Of a stretch of 64,000 bases of DNA, positions 21,515 through 31,612 are shown in pieces. The number at the start of each line of letters is the position of its first letter. Position 1 is the first letter of the stretch. The position numbers and the translations under genes are program-made. The notes under the pieces are model-generated. The model searched no databases, was not told where the DNA came from, and saw only the letters and a program-made list of their open reading frames with translations. The stretch covers positions 124,001 through 188,000 of IMG/VR virus record IMGVR_UViG_3300032050_000004; one strand, 5' to 3'.

Positions 21515-24500
21515 TTAAGTTCTATTATAATTAGCCTCGACAATTATCTGCTGCAACTGTCTTCCGTTCAATTTCAAGTCTATTTGTATAGGTTTTATCT
21601 GAACAACTTGTGTTCCAGCAGTCTCTCTACCTCCTGCTACTGCACCCTCTCTTCTTGTGGTTGTTAAATCTGTTCCTAAGGCTGCAGCTGCTTTTGCTCT
21701 CTGTATTAAACTTATTTCATTATTACCCCCCGGTTTTGGAGCAGTAGCTACAGTTTTTAGTCTATCTTTTTCTTTGTTGTAATCAGCCATAGATTTGGTT
21801 GAAATTCCAAAGCTTGAAGAAACATTATTTAGAGATCTTCCTAATACATTCAAGCTAGATGCCATTGAAATTATACCTGAAGAAGCAGTCAAACCTCTGG
21901 TTCCAAATGATATTAACGTAGATGTTAATCCACTAATAGTTGGAAGGGCACTTGCGAATAAAGGCCAAGGAACTAATGAAAAAGATGTAAATCCACTTGT
22001 AGCTGATTTTAAACTCTTTCCTAAAATCATTAATGCAAATCCTGCAGCAATTAATTGAGGTGCTACTATTCCTATCATAGAAAACCTCATAATTGGTGCA
22101 ATTAAAGAATTAATTATAGGAACTTGAGCTAAAATACCATCAATTTTTAAATTAGCTATTGATGCTAACGATCTGAATATTCTTGTGACTCCGAGAACTG
22201 AGAAAATTGCTGGAATAATAAATGGTATCATCATAGACCATCTAACCAATCCAGAAATCATAGTACTCGCTGTAGCACTTAATAGACTAGCAAGTGTAAT
22301 CAATGGTACAGGAGATAGAGTAACTATACCTAATAAAATTCTGCTTAATTTTCTAACCCCTATAGCACTTACAATTGCCGGACCTGTAAAAAATGCAACT
22401 GCAGAAAATTTGATCAAACCTTTTATCAATCTACCAGATGTTGCAGTAAGAACTGTACCTAAACTTAATAAATTTTTGAAAAATATTGTTTGTATTTGAT
22501 TTATATTTTTTGTTAAACTTACAAGGCCTTTTGCAGTCAAAATTGCGGGTGCAACAAAAGGTGTAATTGATGAAAATTTGACTATTGCTTTTAACAAAGG
22601 AATACTTCTAAAACCTAGAACTGTTGACAATTGTAATAAATTTTTATTAAAAATTGTCTGTATTTGATTTATTACTTGTGTAAGAGTTACTAAACCTCTA
22701 GCAGCAGATATTGCTGGTGTTGTAACTGCTCTAATTCCTGCAAATTTAAATAGTGCTTTACCTAATTTCCAACTTGTAGAACTTGTAACACTAGCTAATT
22801 TATTTAGATTTTTTGCAACAATAGGTTGAATTTGATTTATAATCTTACTAAGTTGAACTAATCTGTTTGCAGATGTAATCGCTGGACTAACAAGTGCTCT
22901 TATTCCTAAAAATTTAACTAGACCTTTTACTATAGCACCGGAGGTATTATTTAAAACTGTTCCCAATTGCTGCATATTTTTTAATGGAACAAAAACAACT
23001 TGACTTAAAAATTTACTTATTGGAACTAAACCTCTTGCAGCTGATATAGCAGGTATTACAAATGGCATACCGGAGCTGAGTTTTTTAATTCCAACTACAA
23101 TTGAAGAAGATGTTGTTGCTAATACAAAGCCTATATTGAACATTTTAGCAAAATTAAGAGGAACTGTTCCTCTTAATAATCTTGTAATAAATACCAAAGA
23201 CTTTGCAGCAACAATTGCAAGTCCAGCATAATAACCAGCTCTACTGAAAGTTATGAACCCTCTGCTCAAATTAGGAGAAGCATAATATAAAGTATCACCT
23301 ATATTGATTAATTTTTTAGAATTAATATGTAGGGCATTTTTTAAACTATTTGTTACTGATACTATGCCTTTTGCTGCAAAAATAGCACCGATGACACTAG
23401 AACCCATTTTAGCAAATGTTTTAAAACCCGCAGTCAAAACTGGAGAAATAAATGCTAATGAAAATGCTATGTTGCTTAATTTTTTTGTATCTATTGGAAC
23501 AACCTGAGAAAGTTGCTTTGTAATAAATTTAACTCCTTCGGCTACTGCAATTGCTGGTAAAATTGGAACTGATGAAGCTGCAAACTTTGTTAAACCCCAA
23601 AAAAGTTTTCCAGAAGTTTTAGATAAAGTAGAGGCTAAATTTATCAAACTCGAAGCGTTTATCGCAGGCATAGATGATAAATTTCTGGAAATACTGTTGA
23701 TACCTTTGGCAACAACTACTGCAGGACCAATTACAGTTGTAATACCAGCAAATTTCCCTAAACCTTTAGTCAATTTCCAAGCAGTACTACTTAAAGTTGT
23801 TGCTAATTGTTTTAATGCACTTTGACTTACTACAGGTAAATTTGATAGTGTTTTTGTGATTTTCAATAAACTATTAGCAGCTTTTACAGCTCTATTTGCA
23901 AGAAATCCAGCTGCTGATAATTTTAGTAGACCTTTTGATATTGGTCCCATGGTCGAAGTCATCACACTAGCTATGTTCAATAATTTTCCCGCATTTATCG
24001 GAAGTGTCATTAATAATATAAATGTTACTCTTCTTAGACCGGAAGCTGCTTGTGCAGCTTTATTTGCAACAGATGCTGCATTACTTAATTTAGATAGACC
24101 TTTAGCAATTGGTTCGGAAGTATTTGATAAAATATATGCAAGAGTCAAAAATCTTGTTGGGGATAAAAATGGTACACCTCTCAAAAATGTTGCTGTTTTA
24201 AAAATATTAAGAGCAGCGTTGGATGCAAGTTTTGCAAATGGTGCTGTTAATCCAATTTTCTTTAATCCATTAGACAGAGGTCCAGACATCGTAGCCAAAG
24301 TAACTGCAGTAGTAATTAATTTTATTGGATTCAACATTGGAATTCCTGCAAGATATTTAGTAGCTTTTAAAATAAACAATGATGACATTGAGGCTAACAT
24401 TGCTACTGATGTCAGTAAAGATATTTTGAATAAACCTTTGGCCAAGGGAGTAGACATTGCTGATAACGTTAACGCAGTTGTCAATAATTTTACTGGACTC

Positions 24501-27500
24501 AAAAGTGGTATTTGATTTAATAGTCTAACAGTTTTTAGAATAAAAATTGAAGATATTGATGATAATGCAGCAACGGGACTTAATAATGCTATTTTTTTGA
24601 GTCCCATTGATAATGGTGTAGAAATTATAGAAAGAGTTATAGCGTTTGTAATTAAAATTCCGGGATTTAATACTGGGACTCTAGATAAAATATTTGTAAT
24701 TAATAAAATAGATTTAGCAGCTATCAATGCTGGTACAGCAAAAAATCCTATAAATCCTAATTTTTTCATACCTTTCGAAAATGCTTGAGCCGAAAGAGAA
24801 ATTGCAACTCCAGTCATCACCAACTTTACTGGATCTAGAGGAGTAACATTAGCAAGAAATTTAGTTATTATTGAAATAGATTTAGCTGCAATCATAGCGG
24901 GTATTGCTAAGAAACCAATGAATCCTAATTTTTTTAATCCTTTTGAAAATGCAGAAGAAGATAAACTCAAAGCATTAGCTGTATTTATCAAAATTGCCAT
25001 GTTCAATGGAGTAATTTTAGATAAAGAACTAGTTATACTAACCAAAGATCTAGCAGCATAAATTGCAGGTATTGCAAACACTCCTAATAACCCTAATTTA
25101 AATAAACTTTTTCCAAATTTACCAGATACGGTATTTAGTATTGAAGCGGTTGTTATTAAAATTGCAGCATTTAAAGGTGTGACTTTAGCAAGTGTTTTAG
25201 TTACTGTCAATATTCCAAACGCTGCTAATATTGCAAATGGAGTAAAAACGGAAAGTGCTCCGAGCTTGATTAAGCTTTTTGTAAAAGGCCAAGCAATTTT
25301 TGATAATACTGAAGATGTGACTATCAAAAATGCAGGATTCAACATTGGAACTGCCTTCAACATTTTTGTTACTCCTAAAATACCCGCAGCAGCTACTAAA
25401 GCTAATGGAGTAAATGCTGCTAATGGTTGTAATTTTAAAAATGCTTTTGTAAATGGCCAAACAACTTTAGAAACTGTTCCTGCAGTTGTAGTTAATGTTT
25501 TTGCATTAAGTGTAGGCACAGCTTTTAACATTTTTGTTACACCTAAAATTCCCAATGTTGCTAGTAACGCTAAAGGAGTAAGAACTGAAACTAATCCTAA
25601 TTTTAACATTGCTTTTGCAAACTTACCGGAAGTAGAAGCCATCGTTGAAGCTGTCATTCCCAAGTTTTTTGGGTTTAATACTGGTACATTATTTAATAAT
25701 CTAGAAATTAAATTTATTCCAGCTGCTGATACAACGCCTAAAACAACAAATGGACTAACCAAACCTAACTTTATAAGTCCAAAAATAAAAGATGCAGAAA
25801 CTGCTGCCAATGATTGACCAAATGCTTGCATTTTTTTAAGGTCAACAATTTTTACATCTGCTAACATTCTACTTATTAAATTAATTGCTCCAGCTGAAAC
25901 AATTGCTAGAACAGTGAAAGGACTTACTAAGCCTAATTTTATCAACCCTTTGATCATAGCAGAACCAACCTTGCCCATACTGTCACCAAAGTTTTGCATT
26001 TTTGCGAGATCAATTATTTTAATTCTTGATAATGCTTGTGAAATTATATTTATACTTACAGCAGAAGCCATAGCTAATACTGCAAATGGTGAAACCAAAG
26101 CCAATTTAACTAACCCTTTTATCATTGACATTGATATTAAAGCAAGACTTTGACCAAATTGACTTACTTTTTTCACATCAACAGCAGAAATATTTTTTAA
26201 TGCTACGGCAACAACCATCAAAGCACCAGCTGAAACCATTGCCAGTGCAGCAGGACCAGCTACCAAACCAAGTTTAGTAAGTCCCCAAGCAATAGAGCCC
26301 ATTGAATCTCCTATCTGAGAAATAATTTTTGGATTCACACCTTTTGCTGCACCTAATCCACGTAGAAAATATCCAAATGCAATCATTGCCGGAGCAGCAA
26401 TTAAACCTGCAGCTCCAAAAATTAATAATGCAGGAGAAATTATAACTAAAGCTGCTGCTAAAGCAATTAACCCAGCTGCACCTTTAAAAGTGGCTCCTAT
26501 ATTTTTACCCATAGATATAATAGCTGGAACCAATATAGAAAATCCTTTTGCTGCTAAATAAACTGAAGCTCCAAGCATTAACATAGCAGCACCTAGAGCT
26601 AACAACGGTATTGCAGCAATAGAACTTGCAGTAGCAAGAATATAAACCATAGCAACAAAACCACCCATAACTATTGCAATTGCACCTAATGCTGCTCCTG
26701 CATTTTTAGCATTATTGAATGAATTAACTAAAGTTGCGAAACCTGTTGCAGCAAATTGAATTCCTTTCCCAATTAATAGCATTGCGATTCCCAAGGCAAC
26801 AAAAGCTGCAGCTAAAGATAAAATTTGAGCAGGATTTATTTTTGAAAACTGTTGCAACATTGTTGGAGGCGTTTTCATTCCTTTCATTTTTCCGCCGATG
26901 TCTGGGGTTTGTGTAGTTACCTTACTTGCTAATGTTTCTGTAGCTTTTTTACTTGCACCACCACCAACACCAGCAAAGGCAGATTTTATTTGTGATCCTA
27001 AACCAGACAACATTTTTAGAGGTGAAGTAATTCCTCTAAATAAAATACCTGCAAATTTTGCCATTGCTGAAGGCCCAAACGTTAACATAAGGATACCACC
27101 TAACAAAGCCATTGCTTTAACCCATTTACCAGTTTCAGCTCCAAATACTTTATCAATAACATTGCCCACTCTAACGAAAATTGCTCTCAATTTATCAAGG
27201 GCATGTTTCAACATTTCTAAATAAGGTTGAAACATTGTGAATGTGGCTAATACCTCGTTAGCTAAATTATTTAATTTTTCTTCTAAGGCTTGTCTGCTCT
27301 TCGCAGCTTTCTCCATATTTTCAGCATCTGATTTTGATTTATTCATCATTGCTTGAATACTTCCCTTAGAAACATTTTTTAGATCTTGCATTCCCTCCAA
27401 CCCTTCAAATTTCCACTTGCCACCTTGTTTCACAGCTTTAGAAAGTAAAAAATCTTTTTCGTCATCACTCAATGCATTAAACACACCGGGTGGAATTGCC

Positions 27501-29032
27501 GCTTTTTTCGCAGCATCTGATAATCTTGAATTTATTCTATTTGTTACAGATTCTACATCTTCTCCTGATGCTTCAGCAATTTTTTGAATTTTCTGTCTAT
27601 CGATCATAGACAGTTGCAACTTACCATCCTTATTTAACTTTCCAATATCGGAAGTCATTTGGGTCATAAGCTTATCCATAGCTTCTGGACCATCTTGAGC
27701 AGCTTTCATTAAATCCATAAATGAAACCTGTGCTGCAGCACCACCAAGCAAACTCAAATCAGCTGATGCTTCAAGAGCTGCATTGATATCTAAAAATTTA
27801 TCTGAAGCATCTAATAATTTATTAATATCAGTGCCCATTTTTTCGGCTTTTGCTGCCATTCTAGCAAGTGATTCTTCACCAGCTTTGAATCCCATTCTAG
27901 CAAATCTTGGAAAAACATCTTGGAATTTTTTAGCTACAGCCGTTACATTAACTCCAAACCTTGTTGATGCTTTAGAAATATCTACAAAAGCTTTTCTTGC
28001 TTTTTCAGCATTAGCCCCATAAAACATCATTTGACCAGTCAATTGACCGACATTTTCTAATGCTATACCAGTTGCGTCTGACACTGCAGCAACTTGTTTT
28101 GCAGTAGCAGCTAAATTTTGAACGTTTGTTGATTTAGCGTATTCACCAATATTTTTTACTAATGTAAAAGCTTTTTCATTGTCTAAACCGAATTGGGCCC
28201 CATACTTTACAAGTTCAGACATTGAACTTGATGCTTTAGAAAAACCAGCAGTTGGAATCTGGAACTCTCTTTTTATATTAGATAATTTTTTATCAAAATC
28301 CATAAGATTTTGAATTATCTTACCAAACCCAATATAATTTAAAATATTGTCACCAATTTGTCTGAACAAATTGTTCCAATTCATTATAACTTTAGTTGTT
28401 TTTTGTGCTGCCGGTTCAAAGGATTCTAATTGTTGCCTAAATCTATTTGTTCCTTTATCTCCATCTCCTCCGGGTTTGAAATAATCTTTCATTCCCTGAA
28501 ATCCTTTTTTATCTCCTAGAAAATCACGGAGCCTCTTCATCCCTTCGTCTCCAAATTTCTTATAGAAAGTTGCAATATCTCCAGTCTTGAAAGCTTTTTG
28601 CATTTCATTACCCATTTCTGGGAATGATGCTTTAAAATCACTTATTAATGAATTTAAATTTATTTGAGCTTGTATATCTTTCGGATCTGGTAAAGCATTT
28701 CTAAAAGCTGAATTGAATTCTTCGCCAATACTAGCAGCAATTTCTGGAGCTGTAGCTTCAAGATCATCAAACATCGTAGCAATATCTCTTTTCGCTTGCT
28801 CGACTTCTACTTCAATTGTATCAAATGCCTGACTTAAACGCAGACCAAAGGCTTCTCCAACTTCATCCAAACCTCTGTTGAAATCCTCCATGGAAGCTTG
28901 AGTGTCTCTTGTACTTTTTTGAACTTTTCTTTGCTCACGTTCAAGACTTCTCAAAAGCTTTGCTTGTTCTTCTGTTAATGTACCAGCAGCTTTTAATTCT
29001 TTAATTAATTGTTTGACTTGATTAGCGTCCAT
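21515..29032 (-). CDS. Tail tape measure protein (probable)
   Basis: 2505 aa, helical Ala/Lys-rich N-terminus, hydrophobic repeats, typical C-terminal IQIDLKLNGRQL; lies upstream of the baseplate genes. Confidence 0.8.
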   Translation of the reverse strand: MDANQVKQLIKELKAAGTLTEEQAKLLRSLEREQRKVQKSTRDTQASMEDFNRGLDEVGEAFGLRLSQAFDTIEVEVEQAKRDIATMFDDLEATAPEIAASIGEEFNSAFRNALPDPKDIQAQINLNSLISDFKASFPEMGNEMQKAFKTGDIATFYKKFGDEGMKRLRDFLGDKKGFQGMKDYFKPGGDGDKGTNRFRQQLESFEPAAQKTTKVIMNWNNLFRQIGDNILNYIGFGKIIQNLMDFDKKLSNIKREFQIPTAGFSKASSSMSELVKYGAQFGLDNEKAFTLVKNIGEYAKSTNVQNLAATAKQVAAVSDATGIALENVGQLTGQMMFYGANAEKARKAFVDISKASTRFGVNVTAVAKKFQDVFPRFARMGFKAGEESLARMAAKAEKMGTDINKLLDASDKFLDINAALEASADLSLLGGAAAQVSFMDLMKAAQDGPEAMDKLMTQMTSDIGKLNKDGKLQLSMIDRQKIQKIAEASGEDVESVTNRINSRLSDAAKKAAIPPGVFNALSDDEKDFLLSKAVKQGGKWKFEGLEGMQDLKNVSKGSIQAMMNKSKSDAENMEKAAKSRQALEEKLNNLANEVLATFTMFQPYLEMLKHALDKLRAIFVRVGNVIDKVFGAETGKWVKAMALLGGILMLTFGPSAMAKFAGILFRGITSPLKMLSGLGSQIKSAFAGVGGGASKKATETLASKVTTQTPDIGGKMKGMKTPPTMLQQFSKINPAQILSLAAAFVALGIAMLLIGKGIQFAATGFATLVNSFNNAKNAGAALGAIAIVMGGFVAMVYILATASSIAAIPLLALGAAMLMLGASVYLAAKGFSILVPAIISMGKNIGATFKGAAGLIALAAALVIISPALLIFGAAGLIAAPAMIAFGYFLRGLGAAKGVNPKIISQIGDSMGSIAWGLTKLGLVAGPAALAMVSAGALMVVAVALKNISAVDVKKVSQFGQSLALISMSMIKGLVKLALVSPFAVLAMASAVSINIISQALSRIKIIDLAKMQNFGDSMGKVGSAMIKGLIKLGLVSPFTVLAIVSAGAINLISRMLADVKIVDLKKMQAFGQSLAAVSASFIFGLIKLGLVSPFVVLGVVSAAGINLISRLLNNVPVLNPKNLGMTASTMASTSGKFAKAMLKLGLVSVLTPLALLATLGILGVTKMLKAVPTLNAKTLTTTAGTVSKVVWPFTKAFLKLQPLAAFTPLALVAAAGILGVTKMLKAVPMLNPAFLIVTSSVLSKIAWPFTKSLIKLGALSVFTPFAILAAFGILTVTKTLAKVTPLNAAILITTASILNTVSGKFGKSLFKLGLLGVFAIPAIYAARSLVSITSSLSKITPLNMAILINTANALSLSSSAFSKGLKKLGFIGFLAIPAMIAAKSISIITKFLANVTPLDPVKLVMTGVAISLSAQAFSKGMKKLGFIGFFAVPALIAAKSILLITNILSRVPVLNPGILITNAITLSIISTPLSMGLKKIALLSPVAALSSISSIFILKTVRLLNQIPLLSPVKLLTTALTLSAMSTPLAKGLFKISLLTSVAMLASMSSLFILKATKYLAGIPMLNPIKLITTAVTLATMSGPLSNGLKKIGLTAPFAKLASNAALNIFKTATFLRGVPFLSPTRFLTLAYILSNTSEPIAKGLSKLSNAASVANKAAQAASGLRRVTFILLMTLPINAGKLLNIASVMTSTMGPISKGLLKLSAAGFLANRAVKAANSLLKITKTLSNLPVVSQSALKQLATTLSSTAWKLTKGLGKFAGITTVIGPAVVVAKGINSISRNLSSMPAINASSLINLASTLSKTSGKLFWGLTKFAASSVPILPAIAVAEGVKFITKQLSQVVPIDTKKLSNIAFSLAFISPVLTAGFKTFAKMGSSVIGAIFAAKGIVSVTNSLKNALHINSKKLINIGDTLYYASPNLSRGFITFSRAGYYAGLAIVAAKSLVFITRLLRGTVPLNFAKMFNIGFVLATTSSSIVVGIKKLSSGMPFVIPAISAARGLVPISKFLSQVVFVPLKNMQQLGTVLNNTSGAIVKGLVKFLGIRALVSPAITSANRLVQLSKIINQIQPIVAKNLNKLASVTSSTSWKLGKALFKFAGIRAVTTPAISAARGLVTLTQVINQIQTIFNKNLLQLSTVLGFRSIPLLKAIVKFSSITPFVAPAILTAKGLVSLTKNINQIQTIFFKNLLSLGTVLTATSGRLIKGLIKFSAVAFFTGPAIVSAIGVRKLSRILLGIVTLSPVPLITLASLLSATASTMISGLVRWSMMIPFIIPAIFSVLGVTRIFRSLASIANLKIDGILAQVPIINSLIAPIMRFSMIGIVAPQLIAAGFALMILGKSLKSATSGFTSFSLVPWPLFASALPTISGLTSTLISFGTRGLTASSGIISMASSLNVLGRSLNNVSSSFGISTKSMADYNKEKDRLKTVATAPKPGGNNEISLIQRAKAAAALGTDLTTTRREGAVAGGRETAGTQVVQIKPIQIDLKLNGRQLQQIIVEANYNRT
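22100..26300 (-). repeat. 56-aa hydrophobic/basic repeat inside the tape measure, roughly 25 copies
   Basis: KLGLVSPFTVLAIVSAGAINLISRMLADVKIVDLKKMQAFGQSLAAVSASFIFGLI counted as 56 aa; neighbouring units align without gaps. Confidence 0.85.
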
Positions 29033-29069
29033 TGAAAATAAATATAGCTCAAAATAAATATTAATGAAT

Positions 29070-29093
29070 AAAAAAACCCCTTGAATAAGGGGT
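29070..29093 (-). terminator. Rho-independent terminator
   Basis: ACCCCTT/AAGGGGT stem followed by a T-run on the minus strand. Confidence 0.65.
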
Positions 29094-29112
29094 GTGAAAA
29101 ATATTATAAAAT

Positions 29113-29142
29113 AAAAAAACCTCTAGTTGTTACTAGAGGTTT
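29113..29142 (-). terminator. Rho-independent terminator
   Basis: AAACCTCTAGT/ACTAGAGGTTT stem with a T-run, 20 nt after the stop of 29163..29723. Confidence 0.7.
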
Positions 29143-29162
29143 CCTACTTAAAAAAATAATTA

Positions 29163-29723
29163 TTATTTTATTTTAGCTCCACGCATAAAATCGATTAATT
29201 CTTTTGCAGGTTTTTTACATTCGTAATCTAATCTTTCAATTGCTCTTTTAGTGTTTGGATATTTAGATAGTTCCCTTACAGAACCCTCTGTCAAACCTCC
29301 AGTTTGTGCAAAGAATTTAGCCTTTTCCGTATTTGATAATGTTCTCATATGTTGATCACGAACTCTGAACCACCAAGTCAGTCCCGGATATTGTTTTTCG
29401 AAAGAATCATCTCTTGTGTTGATTACTTTTATTGAGCCGTCGTCGATACCTTCTCTAATTTGACGATTCAATTCAAAATCCAGAGGTCCATTTATAGAGT
29501 GTGCTCCACCGAACTGTAATATTCCAATTATAAATTGTACCAAACAGAACAATCCAAGAAATAATGGCAAATCTTCTTCTCCCAAGAAATAAGATTGATA
29601 TTTAAATAGAATATAGGAATAAAGACACATTCTAATAAATCCTACACCTCTGCTTTCTTCTCTTGGCCAACCTATGAAATTAGACCAAGCCCAAATGAAT
29701 ATTGATGCTATTGCGTTTCCCAT
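29163..29723 (-). CDS. Hypothetical membrane protein
   Basis: Two or three hydrophobic N-terminal segments; 186 aa. Confidence 0.7.
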   Translation of the reverse strand: MGNAIASIFIWAWSNFIGWPREESRGVGFIRMCLYSYILFKYQSYFLGEEDLPLFLGLFCLVQFIIGILQFGGAHSINGPLDFELNRQIREGIDDGSIKVINTRDDSFEKQYPGLTWWFRVRDQHMRTLSNTEKAKFFAQTGGLTEGSVRELSKYPNTKRAIERLDYECKKPAKELIDFMRGAKIK

Positions 29724-29734
29724 GACTTTTTTTT

Positions 29735-29766
29735 AATTTAAACGTAAAAATATAAAAAAAGTTACA
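29735..29766 (-). promoter_or_regulatory. Putative ECF-sigma-type promoter TGTAAC-N16-CGTTTA
   Basis: A bipartite motif shared with 60468..60500; matches the ECF -35 AAC / -10 CGT pattern. Confidence 0.5.
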
Positions 29767-29785
29767 AGGTGTAAAAAGCTGATTT

Positions 29786-30886
29786 TCAGCGTTTTTTCTT
29801 AAATTTGGGTAGTTTTTCTTTCTCTGGCTCATTTTTATTCCCAGAAATAGCGTTTTTATACGCCTCCCAAAAGTTATTTATTTTAGAGTTAATTATTTTA
29901 AACTCTTTGGTCAATTCTTGGATGTCAGACATTATTTCATCCACATTCTCGTTATTATCTATTTGAGATTTAATTCTATAAATTTCATTAGATGTTATAT
30001 AAGAAGAACTTCCCATTCCCCTATTAACTTGAAAATTCAATAAATAATTTTTTATTTTAAGTATATCAGTAAAAAGATTCTTTAATTTTTCATTTTCAGA
30101 TTCTCTAACTATTCTATTCATTTGATTAAAATCTTCCAAACTTAATTTTAAATCGAAATTATTTTTAGTTTCTTTTATTAAATCCTGCAATTTGAGAAAT
30201 TTATCAGATATTTCTGATTTAGATGGTAATGGTTTAAGTCTGTTAAGTGCTTGTGAACCTGATATTTTTCCTTGAAATTTTCCCGTTATCCAATTACCAT
30301 CAAAATTTATAGATTGTCTGGATTTATTTGCCTGTAATTTACCGGATATTTTTTCTGCCACATAAGAAGCAGAAGAATCCAAAAGCCATGAAATGCCATA
30401 AACATCTTCCTCTAAATCATAACATACAAAATCTCTAACATTTATTTTTCTGTAAGCTCCCATTCCAACACCATTTACAGTATTTTCAATATAGAGTTCA
30501 GAATAATTTTTAATTATTTTATCCTGATCAATCATAATTCCTCCATTAGGAATTATTTGAATTCTTGGTTTTCTATAAGAGGTTTTTTTCTGTTTGCTAT
30601 CCTGTTTATCCTTTTTTTGAACGGGGGCATAATCCTTTCCACAAGTATCTGGATTCAATAAATAACCAGCCTTATATTTTTCAATATTTGCTTGATAAGA
30701 AAGATCCCTTTGTGTTTGTATTTGTTTTTTTTCACTTGATGATAAGTTGATAGGTTTACCTGTCCTTGAAACACGAGCTTGATAATCATTACCATCATTG
30801 GATGAGGAAAAGAATTTAGCTATTTTGCCAAATATCTCATCCATTCTTTTATCATGATCTCTATGTGAATTAATTGGATCTTTCAT
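29786..30886 (-). CDS. Hypothetical protein
   Basis: 366-aa ORF preceded by the TATTTAT motif. Confidence 0.7.
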   Translation of the reverse strand: MKDPINSHRDHDKRMDEIFGKIAKFFSSSNDGNDYQARVSRTGKPINLSSSEKKQIQTQRDLSYQANIEKYKAGYLLNPDTCGKDYAPVQKKDKQDSKQKKTSYRKPRIQIIPNGGIMIDQDKIIKNYSELYIENTVNGVGMGAYRKINVRDFVCYDLEEDVYGISWLLDSSASYVAEKISGKLQANKSRQSINFDGNWITGKFQGKISGSQALNRLKPLPSKSEISDKFLKLQDLIKETKNNFDLKLSLEDFNQMNRIVRESENEKLKNLFTDILKIKNYLLNFQVNRGMGSSSYITSNEIYRIKSQIDNNENVDEIMSDIQELTKEFKIINSKINNFWEAYKNAISGNKNEPEKEKLPKFKKKR

Positions 30887-30912
30887 GGTATTTTACTAAA
30901 ATAAATATAAAT

Positions 30913-30949
30913 AAAAAAAAAGACTAGATCGAAATCTAGCCTTTTTTTT
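30913..30949 (-). terminator. Rho-independent terminator, possibly bidirectional
   Basis: Minus strand reads AGGCTAGAT-TTCG-ATCTAGTCT then T8; A/T runs on both sides. Confidence 0.75.
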
Positions 30950-30969
30950 GCAGTCTCAGAAGCCTTTTT

Positions 30970-31155
30970 TTATTCTGGCTTTTCAGCCTTCATATTGTCA
31001 GAAATTTCTTTTCTTGTGTCTTTAACAAATTTTCCAATTTCTTGTAATACTTTTCTCGCTCTACGTCCAGCAACTTTTTTACCCTTATCTTCAAAGGAAG
31101 TCATTTCTGTGTTGAATTGCTCTACGAGCTGCATCAATTGTTCTCTTGAGTTCAT
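30970..31155 (-). CDS. Histone H1-like Hc1-family small DNA-binding protein
   Basis: KGKKVAGRRARKVLQEIGKFVKDTRKE resembles the GNKAAGTRARKxxLExxKxxKExRK pattern of Bacteroidota/Chlamydia Hc1-like proteins. Confidence 0.75.
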   Translation of the reverse strand: MNSREQLMQLVEQFNTEMTSFEDKGKKVAGRRARKVLQEIGKFVKDTRKEISDNMKAEKPE

Positions 31156-31182
31156 TTTTTTATGATTTTTATGTTTAACAAA

Positions 31183-31557
31183 TTAAATACTTTTTACTAA
31201 TATTTCCAAATTTTTCTCAGCTTTTTGGATTAAATTATTTCGAATTTCTAATTCAATAATATCATTTTTTTCACTAAAATTTTGACTTAATTCAATAAAT
31301 TCATCATCTGTGATTTCATAAGATGCAAATTCAATATAATTTCCTACAATAATACTTATTTTAGGTTTTTCTCCTTGCAATTTGAATATTTGGATATTAC
31401 ATAGAATTGGCTCTGCTAAAAAAGATGGTAATTGAATGCTGTAAGAACTAATTAATGGTGTCTCAGATACATCATGAGATACATCCGGGTTCATATTTTG
31501 AACCGAAACCTCCCAAAGTTTAATTAAGGTTTCTTTATTGAAATCTATTTTTTCCAT
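31183..31557 (-). CDS. Hypothetical protein
   Basis: 124-aa ORF. Confidence 0.65.
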   Translation of the reverse strand: MEKIDFNKETLIKLWEVSVQNMNPDVSHDVSETPLISSYSIQLPSFLAEPILCNIQIFKLQGEKPKISIIVGNYIEFASYEITDDEFIELSQNFSEKNDIIELEIRNNLIQKAEKNLEILVKSI

Positions 31558-31612
31558 TTTTTAATATATTTTTATAAAAATAAACAATTTTATATCAAAA
31601 AACAATATTTAA

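Noticed and set aside
21795-28022. Many plus-strand ORFs of 60-219 aa
   Set aside because: They are antisense shadows of the repetitive tape measure gene.
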